The notes under the pieces are model-generated. The model ran no database searches. It worked only from the letters and a program-made list of their open reading frames with translations, and was not told the origin of the DNA. From Eledone cirrhosa (lineage: Eukaryota): 64,000 nt of DNA. Position 1 is the first letter of the stretch; every line of letters starts with the position of its first letter. The stretch covers positions 246,078,001 through 246,142,000 of the forward strand of contig OZ024740.1 in the NCBI GenBank assembly GCA_964016885.1, written 5' to 3'. This document shows positions 14,984-28,639 of this stretch, piece after piece. A program made the translations under genes and the position numbers.

Positions 14984-15592
14984 GTCAGGTCACCAGTTGG
15001 TGCTACTGGTAACATGTATCCCAGTACAACCTGTCCCATGGTCGGGTCGTTGGCGACTAAACTGGCAACCCCACCAAGGTTTCTTGGTGAGGAGGGTGAC
15101 TTTGGACATCCTGCAGGACTAAAAACAAAACCTGTCAAAGGGCAAAGGAGCTCTTAAGAGTCAATGGCCATCCAAAATCACCGGGAGAGATGACCCCTTA
15201 GCCTTTGTCAAGGCAGAATTCTAGGAGAAGGAAAACTCTGATATAACACCTGCAACCCTGATGGTATCCAATGATGTTGACTTGTTCTTCTTTTTGGTAA
15301 ATATCATCTTGGTTAAGAGAGTGGGACTGGCTTTGTGCAGTGCCTTTGCTCACTATAAAAGCTTCACGGCACAGGCATTGCTTTATATCTGGAGATCTCT
15401 CTGCACTTGTCGTCACATGGTACCATGGGCCCAGCACTATGTGTCAGTAATTGTCACAAGTGTAGTGTTTGTACCAGAGTTTTCAAGTCGCTGGCTGGAC
15501 TAAAAAGTCACACTCGTTCAGCGCATCGGTAGGGGTTCTCCTACATGGATATAAAGTAGTGGCCGTACTCGAAAACGAGTTGGCAGCCACCA
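14984..15592 (+). mobile_element. ~600 bp non-autonomous RTE-related retroelement, copy 1
   Basis: Near-identical copies at 20451-21057 and 59668-60136. RTE-5'UTR-like motif ctaggagaaggaaaactctga, C2H2 finger coding segment, 3' stem-loop, flanked by (TA)n. Confidence 0.8.
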
Positions 15593-15594
15593 TA

Positions 15595-15645
<51 letters not shown>

Positions 15646-15826
15646 ATATGTATATATATATATATATATATGTATGTATATACATGTATATATATATGTA
15701 TATGTATATATATGTATATATATATATATGTATATATGTATATGTATGTATATGTATATATGTATATGTATGTATATATATATATATGTATATTCATATA
15801 TGTATATATATATATATGTATATGTA

Positions 15827-15990
15827 TCCCCACACTGTAAATGTGGTTGGTGTTAGGAAGGGCATCCAGCTGTAGAAAACCCGCCAGACAGTCCTATGCG
15901 AGCAAGACAATCACTCTTGCCTCAAGTGGGAAAACCCCGGTCCAAACCCATGCAAGCGTGGAACACGGACGTTAAACGTTGATGATGATG
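15827..15990 (+). mobile_element. RTE family B 3' tail fragment
   Basis: Matches 13306-13470 and ends in (GAT)n. Confidence 0.85.
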
Positions 15991-16109
15991 ATATATGTAT
16001 ATATATATGATGATGATGATGATGATATATATATATATATATAATGTATGTATTTATATCTATATATATATATATTTATATATATAATGTATGTATTTAT
16101 ATGTATGTA

Positions 16110-16280
16110 TCATCATCATCATCATCATCACCGTTTTACGTCCGTTCTTCCATGCTAGCATAGAGTAGACAGGTTGTCCTGTTGTGGGCAGTGTCTGGTC
16201 GACTGACCATGCCTTGCTCATACAGGAACTGATTTGGCTTGATTTCTACAGCTGGATGCCCTTCCTAACAGCAACCTCAT
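16110..16280 (-). mobile_element. RTE family A 3' tail fragment
   Basis: Reverse complement of ~8050-8212. Confidence 0.85.
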
Positions 16281-19200
16281 GATGCTCGGATGAACTCCTT
16301 CCAGGGCAACAGCCCAGCGGTCGCTATGACCTCTCATCCAGAGTCTTTGAGCTAAAAGTATACAAACTAATGGACCTTATCACAAAGGGCCAGGTATTTG
16401 GACGTGTGCAATGTTACATGTCCACAATTGAAAGGCATAAGCGGGGACTCCACCATGCTCAGATTCTTATTTGGTTGTTGACAAAGCTCAGAGCAGACGA
16501 CATCGACATGATTATATCCGCAGAGCTTCCAAACCCGCACTGACAAAACCCTATTTGACAGGGTTACGGCACACATGGTTTACGGTCCTTGTGGACGTGG
16601 CTTCAACTCTAACTCCCCGTGTTTGAACAACGGTATTTGCTACAAAAAATACCCAAAATCCTTCCTTCGCGAAACTCAAACTGCTAATGACGGATACCCA
16701 TCATACAGGCGAAGAAGCCCTGAGGACGGAGGATTAACAGCACTGGTTGGAAAACATGAAATTGACAACCGATGGATTGTACCGTACTGCCCATTACTAC
16801 TCAAGGCGTTCAACTCCCACATAAATGTTGAATGGTGAAACTCTATTAAATCAATCAAATATGTCTGCAAGTATATAAATAAGGGCCCGGATGCCCACAT
16901 GTTCAGGCTTAAAGAAGAAAACAAACGGGATGAAGTTGCACAGTACCAATCAGCACGATATATAAGTACCAGCAAGGCTTTTTGACGAATTTACCGTTTC
17001 TCAATGCACAGAAGATACCCTGCCGTCCAACACATTGCTGTGCACCTGGAAAACGGCCAAAGAGTGTACTATACAAAACAAACAGCTTTTCTGAGGGCTC
17101 TGCAACCAAGGAACACAACTCTTACTGCATTCTTTCAACTATGTCAAGGCGACGCATTCGCTCGCACTTTGCTGTATCCCCAAGTCTCCTCTTTCTACTA
17201 ATCGGAAAAATATTCATGGAAGCCAAGAATCAAAGGTGAAAGCGTTGATGGTCATCCAGATTTTAACTTTGACAGCTGCCTGGCGCGAGTTTACACAGTG
17301 CCCCCCATCTACCAAGAATGTTACTACTTGCGTATGCTTCTCCATGACGTAAAAGGACACACCAGTTTTCAACACCTAAGAACTGTTGATGGCCAAATTT
17401 GCGACACGTACAGAGAAGCCTGCCTCAGGCGTGGACTACTGGAAGATGGTGCTCAGTGGGATGCCACTTTGGCAGAAGCAGTTGTTTCACAAATGCCACA
17501 CAGCCTTAGGAAGTTTTACTGTACATTTGTGAATTGCCCGATCCTTCCTTCTTGTGGCTCAAGTACAGAGATGACCTCTATGAGGACTTCAGACATCAAG
17601 CACAATAACAACTTCCTGACATGGAAGTAGGCTTCACAGATGAAATCTACAACAAAGCACTTATTGAAATTGAAAATATGATTGCTGCAATGGGTGGGCA
17701 GACATATGGCCTGCCCCAAACCAACAGAACAGGCTCTGACGTCATTTCTGCAGAAATACTTTGAGAACTATCCTACAACACTGACAGCTTGGCTACATAT
17801 GTCACTGAACATGAACCAATGCTGCTGCAGGAACAGGAACGAGCATATAACACTGTGTCCACCGTCGTACGGGAGGAATCTTTTTCTTGGAGGCACAGGG
17901 AAGACTTTTGTCATACGGCTTCTCCTTGCCAAGGTCCGACAACACAGACACATAGCACTTGCTGTTCCGACTTCCGGTATTGCAGCAACCTTGCTTCCTG
18001 GGGGCAGGACAGCACATTCAGCCTTCAAACTCCCTCTCAATATAACAGCAAATGACACAACCTGCTGTAATATTACCAAAGGATCAGAAAAGGCGTGAAA
18101 AGGTGTGAACTTATAGTTTGGGACGAATGTACCATGGCTCATAAAGGAGCTTTGGAGGCACTGGACCGGACTTTAAGAGACATAAGAGACTCCCAGGATC
18201 CTATGGGAAGCGTGACTGTCCTTTTATCCGGAAATTTTAGACAAACCCTCCCTGTTATTCCCAAAGGAACAAGGGCTGATGCTATTCGAGCATGCTTAAA
18301 GTCATCTCTGCTTTGGCGTTGTCACAACATTAACGCTCTCTACGAACATGAGAGCTCGGATGCTTGGTGACCAAGTGTCATCAGATTTTGCTACCAACCT
18401 ATTGACACTTGGGAACGGCAAAGTGCCACTTGATGAAGATGAAAAAATCTCCCTCGAACCGGTCTGCACTTTAGTCGACAGTGCTGGCAACTTGACAGAT
18501 GCAGTATTCCCTGAGTTGAGCACTAACTACCAAAATCCAAACTGGCTGTGTGAAAGGGCAATACTGGCTCGAAAAAATGAGATTGTCGACAAAATCAAGG
18601 TACAACTGCTTAAGTCTCTTCCTACAGCTTCGTGTACATACAAGTCCATCGATACAGTCACAGACCCCATTAACTACCCAATTGAGTTTCTTAACTCATT
18701 GAACCCCTCTCATCGATTGGAACTTAAGCAAGGATGCCCAATTATGCTTTTGAGGAATCTACACCCACCAAAACTGTGCAACGGCACCCGCTTTACAGTA
18801 AATAAACTAACGCAAAACTTGATCGAGGCGACGATTCTCTCGGGGTGTGGAAAGGAGGAAAATCTTTTTATCCCAAGGATTCCCCTTTGTCCGTCAACAT
18901 CAGAGATCCCCTTTTCATTTAGGAGGCTCCAGTTTCCATTTCTTTGTAGTTTCGCTATCATGATAAATAAGTCTCAGGGGCAAACATTGTCCGTTGTGGG
19001 AATAAACCTAGAAGAGCCATGCTTTTCGCACGGTCAGCTATTCGTTGGATGTTCCAGAGTGGGAAGCAAAAGAAACCTTTATGCATTTGCTCCGAACGGT
19101 AAAACCACAAACATTGTGAACCAAGAAGTTCTGTAATCAACACTGCGACACAAACCTTCTTCTAACAATCAAATACCTCGCTGCTTTCAATAATTACGAA

Positions 19201-20175
19201 ATTATAGACATACTGCCTTTTTGAAATTCATAACACCATACTTTTCGACTGTAAACGTTGTGACCACTTTGAGCTGCACGGTATTGAAATGCACGTTCTC
19301 CTATGGTTGGTTGAGCCAGTTTTCCATGGATTCGCCAGCGCGTGCAGCAGATGTTGATTCACATGTCTTTGCTGACACAGTTCTTTGCTGCTGCAGTTGA
19401 CGCTTTGTTTCGCTTGATGCAGCTTGAGCTGCGGAAGTTGCCTCAGCATTTCTATGCCGCCGTAATGAACGCTGTGGTTCGTTCTCTGCATCTCCTGCAA
19501 CAGACGTTGCCTCAATATTTGCTTTCTGTCGCAGTGAGGGTTGAGAATCGTTTTCTGCACCTCAAGCAGCAGTTGCATCAGCATTTATTTGCTGTCGCAT
19601 CGAACGTTGTGTTTTGTTTTCTGCATCTCGTGCAATAGAAGTTGCTTCAGCATTTTTATTTTGGCGTAATAATCGCTATTCGTTATTCTCTGTTACTTTT
19701 GCAATCGGGGTTGGTGCAGAATTTGTGTTGAGGAATTTTGAGGGTCCTTCATGTTTGGTCTATGTCACTGCAATCAGTCTAAGAAAAGCAACGTCACAGT
19801 TTCTATTGGCTGCCACAACTATACAGAATGGTAAGCATTTCAAACTACATAAATCACGCAATGCATAATGAAAAATTTACATGTTTCTACTGTAGCAAAC
19901 GTATGACATCCCCCTCATTTGTACCTTTCACTCAAAGTCGTCATACATTATCTCCGTCATCCCGCTTAGAGCTTCACCGCGCCAACGTCACACTTTTACA
20001 CTCATTCACCTTTCATATGCCATAACATTTTACCGTTTTTACATCGAATAACACATACTTCTTATGGTTAAAAATAAATGTTTTTTGGGGGGTTCGTGCT
20101 ACGTTGTTTTCTCTTTAAAAAAATTATTTACTAATGGTAGACTTACACGCGGGCAACGCCGGGTATGGCTGCTAG
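16281..20175 (+). mobile_element. Degraded Helitron (Rep plus Pif1 helicase), 5'-truncated, 3' terminus retained
   Basis: Rep: IE-xx-KRGLHHAQILIW, GPCG, DGYPSYRRR, IDNRWIVPY, HINVE, KYVCKYINKG. Helicase: GGTGKTF, WDECTM, GNFRQTLPV, INKSQGQT, FSHGQL. GC-rich hairpin ~20148-20163, then CTAG (20172-75) followed by T. Confidence 0.93.
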
Positions 20176-20450
20176 TATATATATATGTATATTTAAGTAT
20201 ATGTATATATATGTTTATGCGTATATATATATGTTTATGCGTATATATATGTATGAATATGTAAGTATATGTATATCTATGTATGTACATGTATATATGT
20301 GTATGTATATATATATATGTGTGTATGTATAAATATATATGTATATATATATATATATGTGTGTATGTATATATATGTATATGCGTATGTATATATATAT
20401 ATATATATGTATATGTATATGTGTATGTATGTATATGTATATATGTATGT

Positions 20451-21057
20451 GTCAGGTCACCACTTGGTGCTACTGGTAACATGTATCCCAGTACAACCTG
20501 TCCCATGGTCGGGTCGTTGGCGACTAAACTGGCAACCCCACCAAGGTTTCTTGGTGAGGAGGGTGATTTTGGACATCCTGCAGGACTAAAAACAAAACCT
20601 GTCAAAGGGCAAAGGAGCTCTTAAGAGTCAATGGCTATCCAAAATCACCGTGAGAGATGACCCCTTAGCCTTTGTCAAGGCAGAATTCTAGGAGAAGGAA
20701 AACTCTGATATAACATCTGCAACCCTGATGGTATCCAATGATGTTGACTTGTTCTTCTTTTTGGTAAATATCATCCTGGTTAAGAGAGTGGGACTGGCTT
20801 TGTGCAGTGCCTTTGCTCACTATAAAAGCTTCACGGCACAGGCATTGCTTTATATCTGGAGATCTCTCTGCACTTGTCGTCACATGATACCATGGGCCCA
20901 GCACTATGTGTCAATAATTTTCACAAGTGTAGTGTTTGTACCAGAGTTTTCAAGTTGCTGGCTGGACTAAAATGTCACTCGTTCAGCGCATTGGTAGGAG
21001 TTCTCCTACATGGATATAAAGTAGTGGCCGTACTCGAAAACGAGTTGGCAGCCACCA
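20451..21057 (+). mobile_element. ~600 bp non-autonomous RTE-related retroelement, copy 2
   Basis: Near-identical to 14984-15592; embedded in (TA)/(TATG) arrays. Confidence 0.8.
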
Positions 21058-21311
21058 TATGTATGTGTATGTATATATATATATGTATATATATATATAT
21101 GTATGTATATATATGTATATGTATGTATATATATGTATATGTATGTATGTATATATATGTATATGTATATATGTATGTATGTATATATATGTATATGTAT
21201 ATATATGTGTATGTATGTATATATATATGTATGTATATGTATATGTATGTATGTATATGTATGTATATATATATGTATATGTATGTATATATATGTATAT
21301 ATATATGTATG

Positions 21312-21343
<32 letters not shown>

Positions 21344-21437
21344 TGTATATGTATGTATATATATATGTATATGTATGTATCTATATATATATATGTATGT
21401 ATATATATATGTATGTATATATATATATGTATGTATG

Positions 21438-21528
<91 letters not shown>

Positions 21529-21541
21529 ATATATATATATG

Positions 21542-21582
<41 letters not shown>

Positions 21583-21901
21583 ACTATATATATAGAGTTA
21601 TAAACTCAAACAGTCTTTTACAATTAAATAGCTCAAAGAAAGAAGTATTTCTGAGCCGTGAAATACAATACAAACACTTATATGATTGTATTAGTGTTTA
21701 TCATATATATTAATTTATATTAACTTGTATATATATGTATATGTATGTATATATGTATGTATAGATATATATATATATATGTATATGTATGTATATATGT
21801 ATGTATAGATATAGATATATATATGTATATGTATGTATATATATATATATGTATATGTATGTATATATATTTATATGTATGTATATATATGTATATGTAT
21901 G

Positions 21902-21936
<35 letters not shown>

Positions 21937-22328
21937 ATATATATGTATATGTATGTATATATATATATATGTATATGTATGTATATATATATGTATATGT
22001 ATATATATATGTATATGTATGTATATATATATGTATATGTATGTATATATATATGTATATGTATGTATATATATATGTATATGTATGTATATATATATGT
22101 ATGTATATATATATGTATGTATATATATATGTATATGTATGTATATATATATGTATATGTATGTATATATATGTATATGTATGTATATATGTATATGTAT
22201 GTATATATATGTATATATATATATGTATATGTATGTATATATATGTATATATATGTGTATGTATGTATATATATATATGTATGTATATATATATATGTAT
22301 GTATATATATATATGTATATGTATATAT
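21058..22328. repeat. (TA)n/(TATG)n arrays with a short unique spacer at ~21594-21726
   Basis: Directly visible. Confidence 0.97.
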
Positions 22329-22615
22329 AAACTGGAGCAATGTGAAATAAAGTGTTGTTTCCTTGAGCACTTTATTTCACATTGCTCCAGTTTACTCAGC
22401 TGTAGAAATGAGATGATAGGGACTGAGGTCCATATCATTCTATTGCAAACTGGTCGTGGAGGTGCCACGGCAAAAAAAATCACCCAGCACTCACTGTAAA
22501 TGAGGTTGGTGTTAGGAAGGGCATCCGGCTGTAGAAATCAAGCCAGAATCAGTTCCCGTCCCACCCTTGCAAGCAGGGAAAAGCGGACGTAAAATGATGA
22601 TGATGATAATGATGA
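22329..22615 (+). mobile_element. 5'-truncated copy of the tRNA/RTE SINE with a 5' fold-back inversion
   Basis: Matches 3808-4057; 22329-22354 is the reverse complement of 22369-22394. Confidence 0.85.
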
Positions 22616-22619
22616 TATG

Positions 22620-22656
<37 letters not shown>

Positions 22657-22859
22657 ATCGAATGTAGAAAAGTAACACACGAGTTGATATATATAAACAA
22701 ATAGTAAAAGGGAAACATTTTTTTTTTCGTATCTCTGTCTGAGATATGAACTTTCCTCTCATAATATATATGTAAAAACTAATAATTTTTCTTCCCCTTT
22801 TTATTATTCATAAAGATATGCAATTTAACTGCATTTTGCACATCTGTAGTTGAAAAAGC

Positions 22860-23043
22860 AGATAATGCTGAAACCGGTACCATTATTAAATGCTTTGACG
22901 CATAGAGTTACGGCCCTTTCCTCTCTGAGTTCAAACCCCGCCGAGGTCAACTTTGCCTTTCATCCTAACGGGGTCGATAAAATAAAGTACCAGTAATGTA
23001 CTGGGTAATTGCTGGCCTTGTGCCAAAAGTAGAAACAATTATT
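22860..23043 (+). mobile_element. Second tRNA-derived SINE family (ttgcctttcatcc...gtcgataaaataaagtaccagt core)
   Basis: B-box-like gagttcaaacc plus a conserved core. Related copies at ~27456-27645(-), 27670-27750(-), 40879-41030(-), 44030-44445(+), 46178-46385(-). Confidence 0.75.
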
Positions 23044-23849
23044 AAATGTGGAAATACCCACTTTATAAATAAATGTTTTCATATATTGAAAAAATCTCTC
23101 CAGTATTTTCTATTGAAAAAAAAAACCAAACATTTTTTTCCTGTTTATATATATGTTTATATGTATATATATATATTTCGCATATTATTTTATTATATTT
23201 TTGTTTGTTTTGTTTTCTTTTCTTTTATTCAATTTTCTATTCATTGTTAAATGAATATTTAAAAAAATACTTTACCTTCCATACATGCTTATTTTTTTTT
23301 GTTCTATAGTTCTATGTGGGCTAAAATAACTTGTCAAAGCTATCATCACCTTCATTGTTCTCATCATCATCCTAATCATCATTTGACTTAACTACTTCCT
23401 CCTTGTTTTGAGATGTTGGTGGCAGCTTCAGCATAGCTAGTGAATAGATTAGTGTGATTAGAGACTTATCAAAAGTTGATATACCACCTCTAGTTTAAAC
23501 TAAAAAAAACAAAACAAAAAAAAACATAATAGATGCAAGCAAGCATGTTCTTAGTTTTATTTCCATCACTTTTTTTTACTATTTAGTCAAGAAGGGAATG
23601 ATAGTGCTCATGGTTTGTTTTCAGGGCCACCAAGACTGATAGGAGAGACGATGGAAGGTTTCTTCATATAAGAGACTTAATCTAAATCCTTGTAACAAAG
23701 AGGACTTTGTTAAAGGCTCCTAAGAGTCAAGTGATGGTATTAAACTGGGCAATGGATTACATGTTTCCCAAGTAAGCCGCAGCTGGATTTGAACTTTGAA
23801 TGTAAAGAGTTGGAACAAATACAATGGTGTATTCCAAACACCTGAACTG

Positions 23850-25830
23850 GGTGAGGAGTTCAGTTCGGTGTAACTGGGTGTTGGCATGCCTGGTGGCTGT
23901 GAGGGGGCCTCACATGCAGCTAGGCAGTTCTTCAACAGCTGCCCACCAGAACTGGCATCCAGGGACTCCAGGCACCTTATTGTCAAGCTTGAGATGAGAA
24001 ATGCCTTTAACTGCACATGCTGGGACCCTCTGCTCCATGCCTGCCTCAGCCAAGCCCCCTCTGCCTACCTGCTGGCTTACCTGTCATATGGAGCCCTGAG
24101 CATGCTCCTTGCTGCTGATACGGTCATATCTTTGGTCACTGGGAACCAACAGGGCGACCCTTTGGACCTCCTCCTGTTTGCCCTTGGTATAGACCACATT
24201 GCCCGGAGTATCATGGCCCCTGTCAATGTTTGGTACCTGGATGCTACGTTGGGCAGGCCTGTAGAGACTGTCTGCCATGACCTACAATCGGTGGTTCCTG
24301 CCCTGGCGGGAATTGGCCTCCACGTCAACTCATCGAAGTCGGAGGTAGTGAATGTCAGCCACGATGCTGAGAGCTTTGCAGTCTCCGTCTCGGACCTGCG
24401 GTCCATTCTCCACCAGGTACAGGTGACCCCCATAGAGGATGTTCCCATCCTCAGGTCACTGATCCACCCACTCCACCATCAGGTCCAGGCTCCCAAAACT
24501 CCAGACCCTCACGAGCCGACTAGGCTTGATCAACAGCCACCCAGCTCTCTTCCTGTTGAGGAACTGCTTCGCCATGCCGAAGCTCCTCTATACCCTTCAC
24601 AGTGCTCCGTGCTACAACCACACATCTCTCCTCGCTGACCTCGATACTTGTATCCGAGCAGCAGCCGAGGAGATACGCAACGTCAGGTTTGACAACATTG
24701 GATGGCAACAGGCCACTGTACCTGTCAGATATGGTGGCCTTGGCCTCCGGACCCCAATCTCGCTGGCTTTGCCAGCTTTCCTTTCGTCGGTAACCTCATT
24801 CCGCGTCCTCGTCACCAAGATTCTCCAAAACACAATGGAACCCTCTGTGAGGATGCCTGTGAGACATGGGACCGGCTGGGACTTAGCCCAGTAGACGTCC
24901 CTTCTCCTTCTCCCCCTGCTGACGTCAAGTCCTTCCCAAAGCATCTGGGATGCCATCCACTGCAGCTTGGCCTCAGACAGGCTCACGCGCCAGCTTGACC
25001 AGCACCACCTTGCCTGTTTTCGCATGGCCTCAAAACCCCACAGTGGTGCCTGGACCATGCTTTGCCCTCCTCCTCCACTGGCATGCAGCTGGATAACGAT
25101 AGCCTGCACATCAGCGTTTCCTTGAAGCTTGGCCTCTGGATCTGTGAGCCACACAAATGTCGCTTGGATCCATCATGGACTCTTTCGGCATCCACCTGCT
25201 TTCCTGTTGGCACAGTGCTGGCCGCCTTCCACGCTATGTTGCCCCAATGAGGTCATAAAGCATGGCTTGGGCGCTGCAGGCTTCCCCTCCCAGCTCGAGT
25301 AAGTGGAGCTGGACCAAGGGGACAGCAAGATGGTAGTCTGGGATGGCAAATCCCTCATCTGGGATGCCACTTGCAGCAGAAATTTCTCCAGCTGCAACCT
25401 GGTGCAGTCTGCGACTAACCCAGGTACTACTGTACGTCGGGTTGAGGAGGCCAAACTCTCCAAGTACCGGTCGCTCTTCGACAGGTTTGCAGTTGTGCCC
25501 TTGGCAGTGGAGACTTCTGGTGTCCTTGGCTCTAGAGCTACCTCCCTACTCGCCACCATAGGCGCTGAGCTGGCCAGCCACAGGTGAGAGCCTTGCGAGT
25601 CGGAATGGCTCTTACCATCCTCCGGGGAAACACCTCCATTCTGTCTGTCGGGGCTGTGGGGAGGCCAGCACGTGGGACCCCATTTGCTCACCATATGGAA
25701 AGATGGTGGAAATGACAGTGGGAGTTTGGCTGTTCTTTCATATTTACTTAGGTTACTATTTTCTATAGAAGATTAGCAGGTTGTTTCTTGGTTTGCACCT
25801 TTGCAAATAAATGTGTCTAAAAGAATGTAA
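23850..25830 (+). mobile_element. Degraded CRE-clade non-LTR retrotransposon (RT plus restriction-like endonuclease)
   Basis: GVGMPGGCEGASHAAR, KLEMRNAFN, QQGDPL-LLFALGID, WYLD, PVRYGGLGLR, LIWDATC, VPLAVETSG; multiple frameshifts. Confidence 0.85.
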
Positions 25831-28639
25831 AAAAAAACCCCAAAAAACTGTGAACTTTGTCTTTCATCCTTCCAACATTGATAAAATAGAGTTGACCAGC
25901 AGAATGACTGGGTTAAACAACAACAACATTACTTAAGTACATTATTTACCTATTGGGTATAAGCAACAGGTTATCTGGGGAACATTACTGGCATCCTATC
26001 CAGAGTTTGGTTGTTGGGATTTATTTTTCAAGAAACAGATTCTAAATACTGGCCCTAAGAAACCCCTTGGAACTTAAGTGACATTTTAAAATTTACATTT
26101 CAGAGTTCAAATCCTGGTGGTCTCTGCTGGAATGTCTCAATCAAGGTTGTACATTTAACTTTAACCCTTCCTGAAAAAGAATTAATCTTTCACTTACATA
26201 AAAGAAACCCTTAATACAACACATCATCTGAAAACAAATTGAGTTAATGAAGGAGCCCCCAATGTGGTGGCTCAGTTTGCTAGAAACAGCAGCCAAATCT
26301 CCTCACACCCTTTTATCTTAAAAATAAGGAAAGGGTACAAAGGATAATGTAATCTTTGGTATAACCCTAAAAAGACTTGGGACTGAACAACAGTTCACTT
26401 CACAATCCTGAGATTACTTTCTTAATGCCTAACCACTTCATGGAGTGTACTGAGTTTGTTTTCTTATGTCATTACCACTACCACCTAACTGGATGCTTTT
26501 TTGTGATACTAGCACTATTACTTTACAGTGTGGGCCAGGTTTGAATTCAGTGCTTGGAAGCGTGGGATATGATTTTTACCATAGCCTCAATCAAGCCAAG
26601 CCTTGTTAGTGAAATTGAGTAGGCAGAACTTATTTAGAAGCCTGTTAAATAGATTGCATCTTTTAATTCAAAGGACCGGTCTTATACAGTGTCACTGAAT
26701 CTTCCTGAGAATTATGTTAACTCTGTTGATACCAACATTCACAAAATTGCTTATGGTTCTAGGAAATAGAACCACTCATTTTAAAGGGTTACTGTTTTAA
26801 TTAAAGTCTTCCGACATAATTTAACATATGCACCTTTTGTTAAATTCTGTTACAAATACCATTTTAACAATTGACTATTTTAATAAAGTCTTCTAAAGTC
26901 TTCATTAATTAATTGAAATATAGTATATTTCATTAAAAATATGTTCATGAAAGGGTTACTCAGTCACATAGACACAAATTTATTGAGTATGATGTTCTAT
27001 TCACCAAACAAGTGGAACATTCATTGTCCAAACTGTCAGAGGTCTGATTGCTTTAATCTAGCATTACTCTCTCTCTACACACTCAACCGCATACACAACA
27101 CTCAAATTCCTATTTTCGAGGTCAGCTTGTTGAAAGTGTCACTCCTATCTAATCGAGACGTGGGAAAGGATCTTGTGAACCATACAAACAGAATCTTGTG
27201 TTTTGTTCAGGCTAATGGTTCCTAAACATATTTTTTTAAATCACTTGCTCGATGTGTTAGGACGATCTCTTTATAAGGAATTTTTCGTTACAATGAATTT
27301 TTTTTAGACCCTGTGAATTTTGTTATAATTGAAGTTCCTTGTTTAAAGATTAACATTTGAGTTTGTTTCATTAGGCTAAAGATTTTTACTTCGGTTTTGT
27401 TCCCCTGTTAAGGTTGTTATAAGTCTAACATTTGAACACATCTCGTGACAAGCAGAATAATAATTGTTTCTACTTTAGGCACAAGGCCAGCAATTACCCA
27501 GTGCATTACTGGTACTTTATTTTATTGACCCCGTAAGGATGAAACGCAAAGTCAACCTAGGCGGGATTTGAACTCAGATCGTAAAGGGACGTAACTATGC
27601 TGGAAAGCATGGTGTCCAACCCTCTACCGATACTGCCAATCCAGAATAATAATATAGATTATTTCTTAAAATAACAATTATTTCTAATTTAGGCACAAGG
27701 CCAACAATTTTTGAGGAAGGTGGGGAAAGTCGATTATATTGGCCCCAGTACTTTTGCAGAAGGCCATTCCACAATTTGAGGGGTAAAGTTGGTGAGAAAA
27801 TTTGTATATCTTCATCAGTGAAGTAATGACTATTACTGACAAATTTTATCATCTTCTGATAGATTCAATTTTTTAAATTAAAAAAAAATGTTCTTTTTAA
27901 AAATGTACTATATTCCATGCTCTTTCTTGGAAGTGGATTTTTCAATCAAATGGTATCTTGGTGCGCCAGTGTAGCAAAAGCTGTTCATCATGGCGTGAAG
28001 TTTTCCTTGATGTCTTTTATTTCAGTCAGTAATGTCTTTAATGCAATTACATAGCTATGTATCAAAATTAATTGATGCTTCTTATTGGGTATGTATGAGC
28101 AGCAGCCTAGCGTCATTTTGATCTTTAACAGTTGACAAGTTACTCAAAGAACCTAAGCCCCCCCGCCCCCCATTCTTATTCCCTGACACATCAGCACTAC
28201 TTAAACTAAAAGTAGACAAATTTGAGCTTCAGAAGAATGGGTGCCCCTTTCAGTTATCAGTTAGTGAACCACCACATAACTAGAGTTGTTGAATTTTGGG
28301 AAAAATCTAATTCTGGTATCAGCCATCCATTTTCAGTGTCCACTTATTCATCCTGTCAAAGACATACAAGTTTTTCAGGGGTGTTCACGGATGATAGTGA
28401 CTAGGCAATATTTAAAAAAAAAAAAAAAAAGCCCAAGGTAATTAAAGACTATTCCTAAACAATTTTTGAAAACCCCAGCACTGCGGTCAGACTTTCAAAG
28501 AAAATATCTTGATTTTAAACTTACCTAAATTGATGTTCACTCTCCAAGTAGTTTTTAAATTGTAGCAATGTGCTTTCTGTTAGTTCATGAAAAAAAAAAT
28601 CTTGTTATAATGAAAATTGTGAACAGTGCTCAGGTGCAC

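Noticed and set aside
14990-15075. Twister- or HDV-like ribozyme at the 5' end of the 600 bp element (cctgtcccatggtcggg; ctaaactgg)
   Set aside because: Some helices form, but the required pseudoknots and spacings could not be completed by eye.
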